The notes under the pieces are model-generated. The model made no database searches. It was not told where the DNA came from and worked only from the letters and a program-made list of their open reading frames with translations. Shown piece by piece: positions 1-13,216 of a DNA stretch of 64,000 nt (the stretch's first letter is position 1; every line of letters begins with the position of its first letter). A program made the translations under genes and the position numbers. This DNA comes from Octopus vulgaris. Taxonomy: Eukaryota. Location: the NCBI GenBank assembly GCA_951406725.2, contig OX597829.1, forward strand, positions 2,480,001 to 2,544,000, given 5' to 3'.

Positions 1-157
1 TGTTTGTCTCTATATATCTAATTATTTCAATTTGTTAAACCATATTTTCTCTACGTTTATTATATTAACCGATAGATTGGTAGATTTGTTAAAATATACA
101 AGTTCAGGTATAGGGGTATGATTTCAAGTTTGGTTTCACTTTACATCATATTTAGCA

Positions 158-310
158 TGTGTGGCTGTATGATAAGAGGTTTGCTTCTCAACCACATGGT
201 TCCAGGTTCGGTCCCACTGCGTAGCACCTTGGGCAAGTGTCTTCTACTATAGCCACGGGTCGACCAAACCCTTCTGAGTGAATTTGGTTGACAGAACTGA
301 AAGAATCCCA
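158..310 (+). mobile_element. Degenerate tRNA-derived SINE, 5' part
   Basis: A/B-box-like head (gtggctgtatgataag...ggttcggtcccactgcg) followed by accttgggcaagtgtcttctactatagcc; same family as the minus-strand copies at 28630-29065 and 43750-44118. Confidence 0.65.
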
Positions 311-484
311 AGTCCTTTCTCCATGTGATCGGCTTGAAGAATCGTTAAGACACTAGGATATTTTCCTACTTTTCTTAACATGAAACCAATGGTAGCCTTA
401 ATTCACAAATAAAGAAATTATATCCACCAATGCGGTTTTGAGCACCCATTTTCATCGTTCGACATTAACATATATATATCATCT

Positions 485-562
<78 letters not shown>

Positions 563-641
563 ATGTATATATGTATATATATATATGTACATATATATAT
601 GTATATGTATATATATACATACATACATAATATATATATAT

Positions 642-710
<69 letters not shown>

Positions 711-713
<3 letters not shown>

Positions 714-1500
714 TAAAAGAAATAAAACATATGCATATATATAAACATATATGTACGTACCTACCTCTACATGTACATATACATGCATATATGAGTACAG
801 GACACCAAGGGGACGTCGAACACATAGAGAAACGAAAACATAGACACAAACCAAAGGAACAGGACATTTTTTTTAAAACAACAAAAAATGGAGTACAGGA
901 CAGTTAACACAATGAAAAAACCCCTTCTTCAGTCGCTAAGGTTTCATCTACTCTACGTTTCGAAGGATAAAAGCGAGACGTATCTTCGACAAGAAACTTT
1001 CCTTCCTGCGAAAAGCAAATCAATTAAAATTCTGAGATCTTTTCGCAGAGGGGTAAAAAATGGTAAAAAAATGGTAAAAAAACGAGACAGTAACGACGGT
1101 ACAAAAATATAAACAGTAAAAAAAAATATATATATATAAACAGTAAAAAATATATATATAACAGTAAAGGACAGGACAGGGAGAACAAGATAAGAAGGGC
1201 TGTTGACGCCGAACGTAAAAAGTATTGCAAACGCTGAATTTTTTGTGACGACGAGAGAGCAGGAAAAGTCGTCCAGTAGCCTTAAAAGGCGGGCGAGAAA
1301 GACCGTTAGCAGTTACGGCGGAAGTATCGTCGCAGATGGACGACGGGAATGGGGGAGGAGGAGCAAGAGGAAGGGAGAGAAGAAGGGGAATGGTGCGAGG
1401 AGACCATGAAGAATGGTGAGGGGGAGAGAGAGAATGAAGAATGAGAGAGAGAGGAAGAGACAAGTTAAGTGAGGGAAAAAAGACGAAAAGGGGATGGGAT

Positions 1501-1531
<31 letters not shown>

Positions 1532-1720
1532 GCAGAGTGCGCGTGAGAGTTAATATCAAGGCGAACTTGATATACAGAACAATCTTACTTAAGAGGGTGC
1601 GTGCGTTTAGTCGTATAATATATTAATAAAAGAAATAAAACATATGCATTTATATAAACATATATGTACGTACCTACCTCTACATGTACATATACACGCA
1701 TATATGAGTACAGGACACCA
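711..1720 (-). mobile_element. Non-autonomous element with ~96-bp terminal direct repeats in (TA)n, probably PLE pLTR-derived
   Basis: 711-806 repeated at 1624-1720 (taataaaagaaataaaacatatgca...gagtacaggacacca); similar to 53856-55020, 47830-48000 and 48450-48680; strand is tentative. Confidence 0.55.
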
Positions 1721-1800
1721 TATATATATATATATATGTATATATATATTTATATATATGAAAGAAGGTTTCAAAATGCAATTTTAAAGATGTTTATTCA

Positions 1801-1840
1801 CTTGACCGGTTTCACTTTTTTAGAAAAAGATTGTCAAAAA
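1801..1840 (-). ncRNA. Hammerhead ribozyme motif, U3-A8 core variant
   Basis: Minus strand: ttt-TTGACAA-tctttttctaaaaaagt-GAAA-ccgg-TC-aag; palindromic stem III accggt; weak stem I. Confidence 0.5.
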
Positions 1841-2008
1841 TATAATGTAAAAGCTTTGTTGTGTTAAGCCCTGGTTGTCACAAAGGTATTAAAATACATA
1901 TATACATTCTTTGATAATGATAAGAAAACGTTAAAAACAGTTTACAAAAAAGTATTTAAGAAAGTATTCAAAAAAGTATTAGGAGTTCAATAAAAATCAT
2001 GTTTGGTA

Positions 2009-2045
<37 letters not shown>

Positions 2046-2211
2046 GAAGGAGATATATTTAAGAATTTACAAAAAATCGGAGAGGAACCAACCTTTTGGC
2101 ATTTTTTCTGTCATGTGTGTAGCTAAGGAATGTTTGTTATTTTAAGGAACAGTGTGGGAGGTTGGTCGGGGTGGGGAGAAGGAGGAGCAACGGGGAATTA
2201 AAAGGATTTTT

Positions 2212-3084
2212 GGATCTTTACCTTTTGACCAACAGATTTTAAAAAATAATTAATTGTAACTAAACACTTTCAAACTTCGGACACTGGTAGAATGTGTCAT
2301 ATAAAACATGTTTTAGTTTCAGCATTTCTGAGAAAAACTTATAGTTACGAAGATATTTCACCTTAAAGTTCTCGTATTTCGGTAATTTCAACCAATCAAT
2401 GACATGTATTCAGCTGAATAAAGTTACTGCTACTGTTTGTCAACAAGAACTTCCGACGATGTATATTTCGTTTGTCACTGTTATTTATGACAACCCTAAC
2501 CATAAAACCCTAAACCTAACCCTTACCCTAAAACCCTAACCCTAAAACCCTAACCCTAACCTTAACCCTAAAACCCTAACCCTAACCCTAAAGCCCTAAC
2601 CCTAAAACCCTAACCCTAACCCTTACCCTAAAACCCTAACCCTAACCCTAAAACTCTAACCCTAACCTTAACCCTAAAACCCTAACCCTAACCCTAAAAC
2701 CCTAACCCATAAACCCTAACCCATAAACCCTAACCCATAAACCCTAACCCATAAACCCTAACCCTAACCCTAAAACCTTAAAACCAGTACAGACGCACGA
2801 ATGATGTCATAAATAACAGTGACAAACGAAATATACACCGCCAGAAGTTCTTGTTGACAAATAACGGCAGTAATTTTATTTAGCTGAATACACGTCATTT
2901 ATTGGTTGAAATTACCGAAATACGATGACTTTAACGTGAAATAACTTCGTAAATATAAGTTTTTCTCAAAAATGCTGAAACTAAAACATGTTTTATATGA
3001 CACATTCTACCAGTGTCCGAAGTTTGAAAGTGTTTAGTTACAAAAAATTATTTTTTAGATCTATAGGTCAAAAGGTAAAGATCC
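2212..3084. mobile_element. Foldback/MITE-like DNA element with ~280-bp TIRs enclosing telomere-like repeats
   Basis: ggatctttaccttttgacc... at 2212 is mirrored by ...ggtcaaaaggtaaagatcc at 3084; flanks ggattttt / ggtttttt form an 8-bp TSD with 1 mismatch. Confidence 0.85.
2493..2783 (+). repeat. Interstitial telomere-like array (CCCTAA with CCCTAAAA/CCCATAAA variants)
   Basis: Directly visible tandem ccctaa-type units. Confidence 0.95.
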
Positions 3085-3899
3085 GGTTTTTTTTTTATTT
3101 CTGGGCTAGTCTGTCATGGATCAATAGTTTTGGGGACTGGTCTTAGAGGTCAGAAGGGTGTGAGTGTGTGTGTCTCTGTGCACGTCTCTATGTGTGTGTA
3201 TATATATACATGTGTATGTGTTTGTGTGTGGGGTCCTTTTTTGATTGGTCCCAGAGTTTATTGTGGCGTGTGTATATGGGTCTGTGTGTGTTTTATATTT
3301 GGTAGGATGGTGTGTGTGTATATGCGTGCACGTTTGTGTGTGTGATTGATATTTGTTAGGGTGTTGTGTGTGCACATGTGTATGTATGTGTTTGTTCGCG
3401 TGTGTGTATGTGTGCGTCTGTGGGTGTGCGTGTGTATGTTTGTGTGTTTTGTGTTGGTGGGAATGTTATGTGTGTGTACGTGGGTGTGTGGGTGTCTGTC
3501 TGATTATGTTCGTGTTATAATTGTCCTGGTGGTGTGTGTGTATGTGTGTGTATGTGTGTGAATGGTATTTGTCAGAGTATTGTGTGTGTGCATGTGTGTG
3601 TATGTTTGTTCGTATGTGTGTATGTGTGCGTCTGTGTGTGTGCGTGTGTATGTTTGTGTGTTTTGTGTTGGTGGGGATGTTATGTATGTGTACGTGAGTT
3701 TGTGTGTGTACGTGTGTGTCTGTCTGTCTGAGCATGTTTGTGTTGTTTTAATTGTCCTTGTTGTGTGTGTGTGTGAGCAACCATATGTGTGTGTGAGGGT
3801 GTATGCGTATGTGTGTATGTTTGTGTGAGTGTGTTGTATTTATCAGGGATTCTGTGTTTGTCCGTGTGTGTTGGGCTTCGTAACAAGAGCAGTTATAAT

Positions 3900-4932
3900 C
3901 CCACAAAAGGCAGAAACAAAACTTAGGACAAATTTTGTGACTACATTTCAAACTTCCCTTATAGTGAACTTCCACAACCTAAACCCAAACCCAATACCAG
4001 TAAAAGGGAATAAGAAATCATCTGTGAGTTACGAAACACTCATGACATCACAATCAAGGAAGCAGAATTGGTAGTACTGTCGTGATTATGGATACTGAAC
4101 AATACAAAAAACTCTGTATCTCACTTTTTACAAGATACTACCTACTATGAAAGAGTAGTCAACTACCAACAATCCAAAACAATGACTTAATTAAACACAC
4201 TCATTTGCCAACATCGAAATAGCTTAACAGCAAAGGAATGCGACTACTAACAAACTTTAATTGCAAAACCAGGAATCCTCTATGGGCTTCCAAAAATCCA
4301 CAAGAGCAAAATTATTACCGAAGCTTGCAAAAAGTTCACTTCAACCTGCACCACTGTACCACATCCCACTGATCTCAAACTGAGAGTAATAGTGGCAGCC
4401 CCAAACTATGAAACACACAGATTAAGCAACTTTATCGATATCAGCTTAAAACCAATACTTAAACACATACCAAGTATTGTAAGAGATGACCTGGACCTAC
4501 TAAATCATCTCCCCAAACATACCAATAAAGACATTTTCATTGTCTCCTTTGATGTTATAAACCTTTACACTACGATCCCACATCAATATGGACTGGAAGC
4601 CATTAAATTCTGGCCAGAAAAATGCCCCAATGAGATCCCGGAAAGAATAAAAATAGAATCCATCATCGGGGGCCTTAAGTTCATCCTCCAAAACAACTTT
4701 TTGAATTTTAATAACACCTACAGGTAGGTATCAGGGACTGCAATAGTTACTAAAGTTGCCCCTACTTATGCAAACCTGGTGATGACCTACCTAGAATTAC
4801 AAATTTATGAAGAATCCAAATATAAATACGGCTTGTATTTCCACAAATACCTGTTGGAGAATTGGAAACGCTACTTGATGATTGCCTCATCCTATGATCC
4901 CACACACTCGACCAACTCATTGATTTCAAAAA

Positions 4933-4935
<3 letters not shown>
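3900..4935 (+). pseudogene. Penelope-like (Neptune-type) reverse transcriptase fragment, disrupted
   Basis: YGLPKIHKS, SFDVINLYTTIPH, G-T-x-x-x-T-KVAPTYANL and WKRYLDD motifs across stops and frameshifts (ORFs 4392-4727, 4779-5000). Confidence 0.85.
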
Positions 4936-4969
<34 letters not shown>

Positions 4970-4971
<2 letters not shown>

Positions 4972-5158
4972 ATGACAGACATAAACCAAAACATAAATAA
5001 AAAATAAAATATATTTTAAAAAATATAACTGGATCACAAAAAGTACAAAAATGAATAAACAATATATAATATTGTTTATTCATTTTTGTACTTTTTGTGA
5101 TCTAGTTATATGTTTTAAAATTTATTTTTTATTTATGATTTGGTTTATGTCTGTCATT
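4970..5158. repeat. Foldback palindrome (~90-bp arms) next to (TA)n
   Basis: caatgacagacataaaccaaa...aaacaatat / atattgttt...tttggtttatgtctgtcattg. Confidence 0.85.
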
Positions 5159-5207
5159 GTTTGAATTACATAACAGTGGTTTTTCTCTAATTTATATATA
5201 TACATAC

Positions 5208-5269
<62 letters not shown>

Positions 5270-5399
5270 CAAATGGCAGTTGCTAAAAAGCATTCGTGAA
5301 GTAAAATCATGTAGCAACACCAAATGGCGGTGCCCCAGCATGGCCACAGCTCGTGAGCTGAAACTAGATAAATTTAAAAAAAAAATTTTTTTTAATATA

Positions 5400-5865
5400 C
5401 TAGCAGTATTGCCCGGCTCGTGCGCTCGTGCGTTCTATGCACGAGCGAATTAAGCTAAACTTGGATGAAGTTCAATCAAAGTTCAATTATTTGGGTTTTA
5501 GAATCAAGCATTTAATGCCTTGTATTTTTGCGCTTATGTGTTACATTTTCTCAATAGGAAGTACGTAGAAGCGTTTCCTAAATTTTTGTTGATCAAATAA
5601 TTGCATTGTTGAATTATTCTTTTAGATCAGTATTTCTCAACGGGGATTTCAGGGGAGAGTTTCAGGGAGTCGCTGGCGATGTATCGTGATGATCAAAAAT
5701 CCGGCCTGCTAAAATTTGGTTAAAGTGATTCAAACTGCAGATTCAACGCAAAATGGTCACATTTAATTCAAAGCGTTGAAAATGTTATGAAAACAATTGG
5801 TATGTGTTCACAGACACACACACAGATACACACACAGACACACAAGTTGAGTTTTATATATATAT
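5400..5865 (-). mobile_element. Non-autonomous Helitron-like element
   Basis: Minus-strand 3' end ...gccgggcaatactgCTAG; 5' end tatatataaaactcaacttgtgtgtctgtg; same end architecture as 48047-48431. Confidence 0.65.
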
Positions 5866-6380
5866 ATGGATATATAATACTAAATGGGGCAAGAACGCAA
5901 AATATCCGGACAGTTAGGTGATACGAAAAAGGGACAACAAAACATCCAGATAGACGATACAAAGAAAACAAAGTCATTCGTAGTTTTCGCTCCTTAGTCA
6001 AGTACCAGATCATTTTCGCAATTTCGGCTGATTATACTTTAGATTGCTCCAATCTGGCCAGCCCCAAGGAAAAACTAAGCTAAGAGGATTACATTCCTTG
6101 GAAGAAAGCAGCGAATGTATACAAAAACAAGGACGGAAAAGAAACGGACAATGTTACACAAATACAGTAAAAAATATAATAACAGAACATAGCAACAGAT
6201 CTCTTTCGACTAAGGACGAATTAAATTAAGCTGGCGTGTGTGGAAATGAAGCCTTACGGCAAAGAGATGAGATATATGTAAATATCGAACGATGATCCGT
6301 GATAGAAAATTCAACAAAACGAGTATTCCATCTGGTGAGAGATAAGTATTATTTATTTAAATGTCACAATACATGCATTA

Positions 6381-6419
6381 AAAGTCAGTGAACAGTAATG
6401 ACGAAACCGGTATGACTTT
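6381..6419 (+). ncRNA. Minimal type I hammerhead ribozyme motif, G3-C8 swapped core
   Basis: aaagtca-GTGAACA-gt(aatg)ac-GAAA-ccgg-TA-tgacttt: 7-bp stem I, 2-bp stem II, palindromic stem III accggt, GUA triplet. Confidence 0.7.
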
Positions 6420-6610
6420 CTATATTGACTCATGCTAATGATTTCTATACTTCTTAATTCCACCTCAAATCATTTATTTGTATGTAGATATCTTTGTTTT
6501 TATATTTATTAAAGCCATTACTTTTATACCTAGTGCGCATTTTCTTCGTTTCTTTTTACTTTTCCTCTATTTATACCACGTGTAGATTCTTTTTATTCAC
6601 ACCTGTTTCT

Positions 6611-6651
<41 letters not shown>

Positions 6652-6709
6652 TAGCAGAGATACCCGGTTTTGCTCAGAATTAAAATGGCACAGTTTTTTT
6701 ATTGTTTTA

Positions 6710-6935
6710 CTTGTTTCAGTCATGTGACTGCGGCCATATGATTTATTCTTTGAAAGCCTAGTACTTATTGTATCAGTGTCTTTTACCGAACCGTTAAGTT
6801 ATGGGAACATAAACACAACTACATTAGTTGTCAAGCAATGGTGGAGGTACAGACATAGACAGACATCTGCACAAACATACACATGTATACGACAGTCTTC
6901 TTTCAGTTTCCGTATACGAAAGCCACTCACAAGGC
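6710..6935 (-). mobile_element. SINE 3' portion
   Basis: ttgtttcagtcatgtgactgcggccat...agcctagtacttatt...cactcacaaggct, shared with 28630-29065. Confidence 0.65.
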
Positions 6936-7023
6936 TATAATATATATGTGTGTGTGACCGCGTGTGTACCGTTGGCGATTTTTTCCCTCTGTCTTCCCTT
7001 CTCTGGATCTTTCCTTCTCCTAT

Positions 7024-7058
7024 GTTTCTGACGAAGAGCTCCGCTCGAAACGTTAAAC
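7024..7058 (+). ncRNA. Minimal type I hammerhead ribozyme motif in a ~210-bp (TA)n-flanked element
   Basis: gttt-CTGACGA-a-gagc(tcc)gctc-GAAA-cg-TT-aaac; stem III acgt; one extra A after A9. Confidence 0.7.
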
Positions 7059-7325
7059 CCTCCTTCTTTCCTTCTTTCCTGAGCGTCCAATAATACTATA
7101 TTTGTTCCACATCCTCGCGTTGTGTTTTTTTTTTGTGCTTTCATGTTTGGATTAACTATATACATATATATATATATATATATATTACGGAGATGTACTC
7201 GCATAGCAAGTAATTTGATCTGAGATCGTGTGCTGAAACGAAAACAATTGCAGCGTGGAAGGTGTTTATAAGCCATTTAAGAAACACACAAAAGCCGTTC
7301 GATTCACTCCAACATTTAAGTTTAA

Positions 7326-7375
7326 TTTGTCAAAATATTTTCGTCGCTAAAATCCGCGACCTGTTCACTGACAAA
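7326..7375 (-). ncRNA. Type I hammerhead ribozyme motif, G3-C8 swapped core
   Basis: Minus: tttgtca-GTGAACA-g-gtcgc(ggatttta)gcgac-GAAA-atat-TT-tgacaaa; 7-bp stem I, 5-bp stem II, palindrome aatatt. Confidence 0.65.
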
Positions 7376-7384
7376 GTCCGTGCT

Positions 7385-7458
<74 letters not shown>

Positions 7459-7705
7459 TACAATAAATTTAGGGTGAATACTTGATAAGTATATTAAATT
7501 ATTAAATATTAAATTATCAAATTATAACTGTTATGTACTCATAAACGAGATAGACACTTATAAGATATAAGTGTGTATATACATGGATGTAAATGCGTGT
7601 ATGTATGCGGATATTATACATGGAATATATATATACGTATACATATGTATGTGTATGTATGTGTGTATATATAAATATATATGTGTGTGTGTGTATATGT
7701 ATGTG

Positions 7706-7748
<43 letters not shown>

Positions 7749-8660
7749 ATAAAGATATGTGTGTCTTTGTGTGTGTGTGTATAGATATCTATATCTGTAC
7801 ATATGCTTAAGGATAGGTGGATATAGTAGTGTATGTATACGTTTACTAGGGTTTAACTGTTGGTATGTGTGGAGATGTGTGTGTAATTCCATGTATTTAA
7901 TGCTGTGCATAATGAGTCATACTTGTATACGCTCGAGAATGTTAGTGCATATATATGTGTATGAGTACGTGTATATACACACGCATATACATATACTATA
8001 AACTTATAAAGCTAGTAACTTTTAGTGGCGGGTTTGTGTAAACTGACCATTCATCACAACGATATCAAATTACAACCTCAGTCGAGTGGTCGAAATTAAG
8101 AAATTATTTATGACCCCTGCCATCCCATCCAAGCCAAAATCTTATTCTCAGCCCTTACTCTACTTTATATTCTCAAGTCTTTTGTCTTTATCTTTTTTTT
8201 CGTTACTTTATTCTTATTTGGTTAATTTTTATTTATTGCCCTTATATTTTACTTTTTTTTTTACTATTTTTGCTTTTATTACTCTTGTCTTTTGCTTCCA
8301 TTGTCTTTTACTTCCAGTACTCTTGCTCTTTATTTCATATTTTTTATTGTTTTAACGTTTAACTTTTATTTTTTCTCTCTATCTTTTCTTTTTTTCTTTC
8401 TACATTATTTTCCTTCCTATCTCATACAAGCGAATTAAATATAAACTCATTCCAATCTATTTAACATTCACTCTATGTTGACTGGTGATACAGTATGGAC
8501 AGATTTTCGAAATCCAATGAATCTTTATACAGTTATACAGTTACGAAAGTTTACAAATACACTTTTTCATGGAGAAGATAAACCTATTATAATGGGTAAT
8601 ACTACATGTACTTTTCATATTTTTTATATTGTGATGTAATTCTTTGGAATAACAATGTTT

Positions 8661-8751
8661 GCGGCTGAAGAGAGCTTTAAACATTCTTTTATATCAATAA
8701 TACACTGATGTAATAACGGATTATTTATAAGGCTTGAAACACGTGTACCGC
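8661..8751 (+). ncRNA. Type I hammerhead ribozyme with extended stem II
   Basis: gcgg-CTGAAGA-gagcttt...aaggctt-GAAA-cacgtg-TA-ccgc; sits at the end of a putative PLE pLTR remnant (~7500-8780). Confidence 0.8.
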
Positions 8752-8816
8752 GATATCCTTTGTCTTCTGTTTATAATTATATATATATATATATCCATAT
8801 ATACACACATACATAT

Positions 8817-8867
<51 letters not shown>

Positions 8868-8961
8868 AAATATTAATTCGAGACAAAACCACTATTTTGC
8901 AAAACAAACAAGGAAAGACTTAATCAATACATAAAAATTTTAATATAAAATAAATAAACCG

Positions 8962-9005
8962 CCACTACAATCGTTTCATGTCTTCAAATGACATTCGTCA
9001 GGTGG
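8962..9005 (-). ncRNA. Canonical minimal type I hammerhead ribozyme
   Basis: Minus: ccac-CTGACGA-atgtc(atttgaa)gacat-GAAA-cgattg-TA-gtgg. Confidence 0.85.
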
Positions 9006-9030
9006 ATTTCCGATCTTCTAATCAGTTTTA

Positions 9031-9108
<78 letters not shown>

Positions 9109-9205
9109 ATAAAACGGTAAGATAACAAAAGAAAGAAAGAGACCTCAATATTATGTAAATAGAGGAAATTTATCTATACAATATGTTACATTACTCGGTA
9201 GTCAA

Positions 9206-9266
9206 GATAAAACTCTGAGTTTCAGATGCCGAAGTGGAAATCCACAACACCATCTCTTCGGTTATC
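9206..9266 (-). ncRNA. Hammerhead motif in PLE pLTR, U4C core (CCGAAGA)
   Basis: gataa-CCGAAGA-gatg...catct-GAAA-ctcagag-TT-ttatc on the minus strand. Confidence 0.65.
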
Positions 9267-9461
9267 TGGCTATTTGAAAACGTTATGAAAAAATACCGTT
9301 AAAAATGAAGGGAAATTACTCTGTTATAACTCTGCTTTGCCTGCGTACTTATACATCGCTCGCATTTTTCGTCATAAAAATTACATAAAAATACATAAAA
9401 ATATATAAAAATATATAAAAATATATAAAATCTTCTTGGGACATAACACAGAAAGCATGTT

Positions 9462-11000
9462 CTATCCGTTTTCTTTAGGGGACCAAAAACGTAACAGAAA
9501 TTTAGTCACATGTGGGCATGATCCGAAAAGCTCTGTCCTTGTATTTAGACATGTGGTAGGGTCTAAGCTGCTTTTCCAGATAAGCCATCTCTCCATGTCG
9601 CATAAACCGCACCTTCCGCTGCCGTTAGTATAGGGCTTACATCTGGCCAAAATCTTCCATTGTATGTTATAATCGACACCTTTATCTCTTAAAGACCAAA
9701 TATGATTGGATAATTGTGTCGCTTTTCTTTTGTTCCAGTGCCTAAAGCTCAAAGTGTGGTTATTGAACCTGGCCTTGAAATTACCCTCTGTCAGGCCCAC
9801 GTATTTCTTCGTCGAAACGGTGTCTTTAGTGGTTATAGAGTTTACGGTAGCTTCATATATGATGGTCTTGGACATGCAAGCTCCATTTAGCGGGCACAAT
9901 TCTTTATTCCTGCATGAACAGCTGTTTTCTTCTTGTGTTTTTTGTATGTTATGATTGATTATGTTTTTAAAATTGGTAGTTGAACTAAAACTAATTTTTA
10001 AATTGTGTCTATTGAAGAGTTTCCTATAAGCATGGTTAACTGGAAAATGTCTATCTATCAGTGCTAGGAAATATTTACCTATATTGAAGGCCACCTCGGG
10101 TGAGTAAGGGGGCGTAAACCAGATGACCTTCCTATTTCTATTATTCCTTTTCCTTATTGTTGGGCTGGTGATAGGTGTATATTTTATTTTTTCGCTAAAA
10201 CCACTATCTTTTAAAGCTTTATTATAAACTGGGGCAACGCTATTGAAGATGTCCTCATTAGATGAGAGGCTAGAAATCCTCTTACTAATATTTTTAACTA
10301 AATTTTTGAATACTATAGGGGGATGGCATGAACCTACATTAATATAACTTAGTCTATCATTGGGCTTCCTATAAGGCTTATAAATATTATTATTAAGATC
10401 TAAGGAAACGTCTAAGAAATTGACAACCGTCAGGTTAGTGTCTATAGTTATACTAAGTCCGAAGTGTTTCATTAACTGGATAATATCCTTCCTAAAACGA
10501 TCTTGTGCTGGTCCATTTGTATTAGCTGTTAAGGCGAGGGCATCATCTTTGTAGATGGCGAAATGTACGTTAGGGAATGTCTTACTGAAGGTATCTAGGA
10601 GAAAGAGTCCAATTAGATCACAGATGCCTACCCCATCATATGAACCCATGCTCACATCGAAAGCGCCCTCCGTGTCGGTGTTTTTTACCCACTTTGCATT
10701 CTCACTGAAAAGTAATGTCTTTCTAGCATGGAAGATTATATCCTTATCATTGGTACTAATTTCTATGAAGTCACTAGCGAAGATTAGGGCTTTATCTAGC
10801 AGTTCTTTAGAGATAGAGGCATAAAAATCAACAATATCGAATTGTGTAAACCTCGCTTTTTTCTTATTCTTAATAGCTTTAAACCAGTCTACGACTTCTA
10901 TACTATTGGACCATTGCACTAGCCTAGTATCGGTCTTAATTTTCGTATTTATTTTATCTAAAATTTCTTTGCTAATAATCCCTAGTTCTGACTTGGCTGG
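9462..11000 (-). CDS. PLE reverse transcriptase + C-terminal GIY-YIG endonuclease (5'-truncated open frame)
   Basis: FDIVDFYASI, SMGSYDG, YKDD, FLDV, YRKPN; CSCR..CPLNGAC, IIY..YVGLTE..FKARFNNH, CGLCDME, CPH; the frame stays open 27 codons upstream of the tracked start (PAKSELGIISK...) up to the inversion junction. Confidence 0.92.
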   Translation of the reverse strand, partial: PAKSELGIISKEILDKINTKIKTDTRLVQWSNSIEVVDWFKAIKNKKKARFTQFDIVDFYASISKELLDKALIFASDFIEISTNDKDIIFHARKTLLFSENAKWVKNTDTEGAFDVSMGSYDGVGICDLIGLFLLDTFSKTFPNVHFAIYKDDALALTANTNGPAQDRFRKDIIQLMKHFGLSITIDTNLTVVNFLDVSLDLNNNIYKPYRKPNDRLSYINVGSCHPPIVFKNLVKNISKRISSLSSNEDIFNSVAPVYNKALKDSGFSEKIKYTPITSPTIRKRNNRNRKVIWFTPPYSPEVAFNIGKYFLALIDRHFPVNHAYRKLFNRHNLKISFSSTTNFKNIINHNIQKTQEENSCSCRNKELCPLNGACMSKTIIYEATVNSITTKDTVSTKKYVGLTEGNFKARFNNHTLSFRHWNKRKATQLSNHIWSLRDKGVDYNIQWKILARCKPYTNGSGRCGLCDMERWLIWKSSLDPTTCLNTRTELFGSCPHVTKFLLRFWSPKENG

Positions 11001-11412
11001 TGTCGATTATAACATACAATGGAAGATTTTGGCCAGATGTAAGCCCTATACTAACGGCAGCGGAAGGTGCGGTTTATGCGACATGGAGAGATGGCTTATC
11101 TGGAAAAGCAGCTTAGACCCTACCACATGTCTAAATACAAGGACAGAGCTTTTCGGATCATGCCCACATGTGACTAAATTTCTATTACGTTTTTGGTCCC
11201 CTAAAGAAAACGGATAGAACATGCTTTCTGTGTTATGTCCCAAGAAGATTTTATATATTTTTATATATTTTTATATATTTTTATGTATTTTTATATAATT
11301 TTTATGACGAAAAATGCGAGCGATGTATAAGTACGCAGGCAAAGCAGAGTTATAACAGAGTAATTTCCCTTCATTTTTAACGGTATTTTTTCATAACGTT
11401 TTCAAATAGCCA

Positions 11413-11473
11413 GATAACCGAAGAGATGGTGTTGTGGATTTCCACTTCGGCATCTGAAACTCAGAGTTTTATC
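11413..11473 (+). ncRNA. Inverted copy of the pLTR hammerhead motif (U4C)
   Basis: Reverse complement of 9206-9266. Confidence 0.65.
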
Positions 11474-11503
11474 TTGACTACCGAGTAATGTAACATATTG
11501 TAT

Positions 11504-11555
<52 letters not shown>

Positions 11556-11589
11556 ACATACATACATACAGATATATATATATATATAT

Positions 11590-11905
11590 GGTGACCCCCT
11601 TCGGTCAGACACTGACCATGGGTTTGCACCTAGAGAGTTACCCTCTGAGGCACAAGTCTGGGCAAGGTTGTTTTTTATGGAAGACCAGCAGTCGCCCATG
11701 CATACCGGCCTCCCCTCTCCACGTCACCGATGTTGTCCAAGGGAAAGGCAAGGGCCGATACAGCTTGGCACCTGTGACGTCGCACCTCATTTCTACAGCT
11801 GAGTGAACTGGAGCAACGTGAAATAAAGTGTCTTGCTCAAGAACACAACACGCACCCCGGTCCGGGATTCGAGCTCACAACCTCACGATCGTAAGCTCGA
11901 CGCTC
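11590..11905 (-). mobile_element. tRNA-derived SINE, near full length
   Basis: Minus head ...gatcgtgaggttgtgagctcgaatcccggaccggg..ttgtgttcttgagcaagacactttatttcacgttgctccagttcactcagctg and a LINE-like tail. Confidence 0.75.
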
Positions 11906-12328
11906 TCTCTCTATATATATATACATATATATATATATACAGATACATATATATATATATACAAATATATATATATATATATACGCATATATACTATATA
12001 TAGACATGCATGTATACATACATTTACATATACGCATATATATATATATGCATATATATACATATGCATATATATATAAATATACATACATATATGTATG
12101 TATATTTATATATATATGCATATGTATATATATGCATATATATATGCGTATATGTAAATGTATGTATATATGCATGTCTATATATAGTATATATGTGTGT
12201 ATATATATATAAGATATATATGTGTGTATATATATGTGTGTGCATAGACATATATGTATATATATATATATATATATATTTGTATATATAAATATGTATC
12301 TGTATATATATATGTATATATATATATA

Positions 12329-12399
<71 letters not shown>

Positions 12400-12425
12400 A
12401 AGGGTGAAAAGGAACACACGAGTTG

Positions 12426-13210
<785 letters not shown>

Positions 13211-13216
<6 letters not shown>

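Larger units (their letters stand above)
9105..11507 (-). mobile_element. Penelope-like element (Naiad-type), 5'-truncated, with inverted terminal repeat
   Basis: RT+GIY-YIG ORF on the minus strand; 9171-9680 is inverted at 10999-11507; both ends lie in (TA)n. Confidence 0.92.

Noticed and set aside
2493-2783. True chromosome end or fusion site
   Set aside because: Short, single-orientation variant array enclosed by transposon TIRs
9462-11000. Selenocysteine-recoded Naiad
   Set aside because: The conserved Cys positions are ordinary Cys codons and there is no in-frame TGA
10906-11217. Separate plus-strand genes (also 18650-18967)
   Set aside because: They are the inverted duplicates of the PLE endonuclease ends
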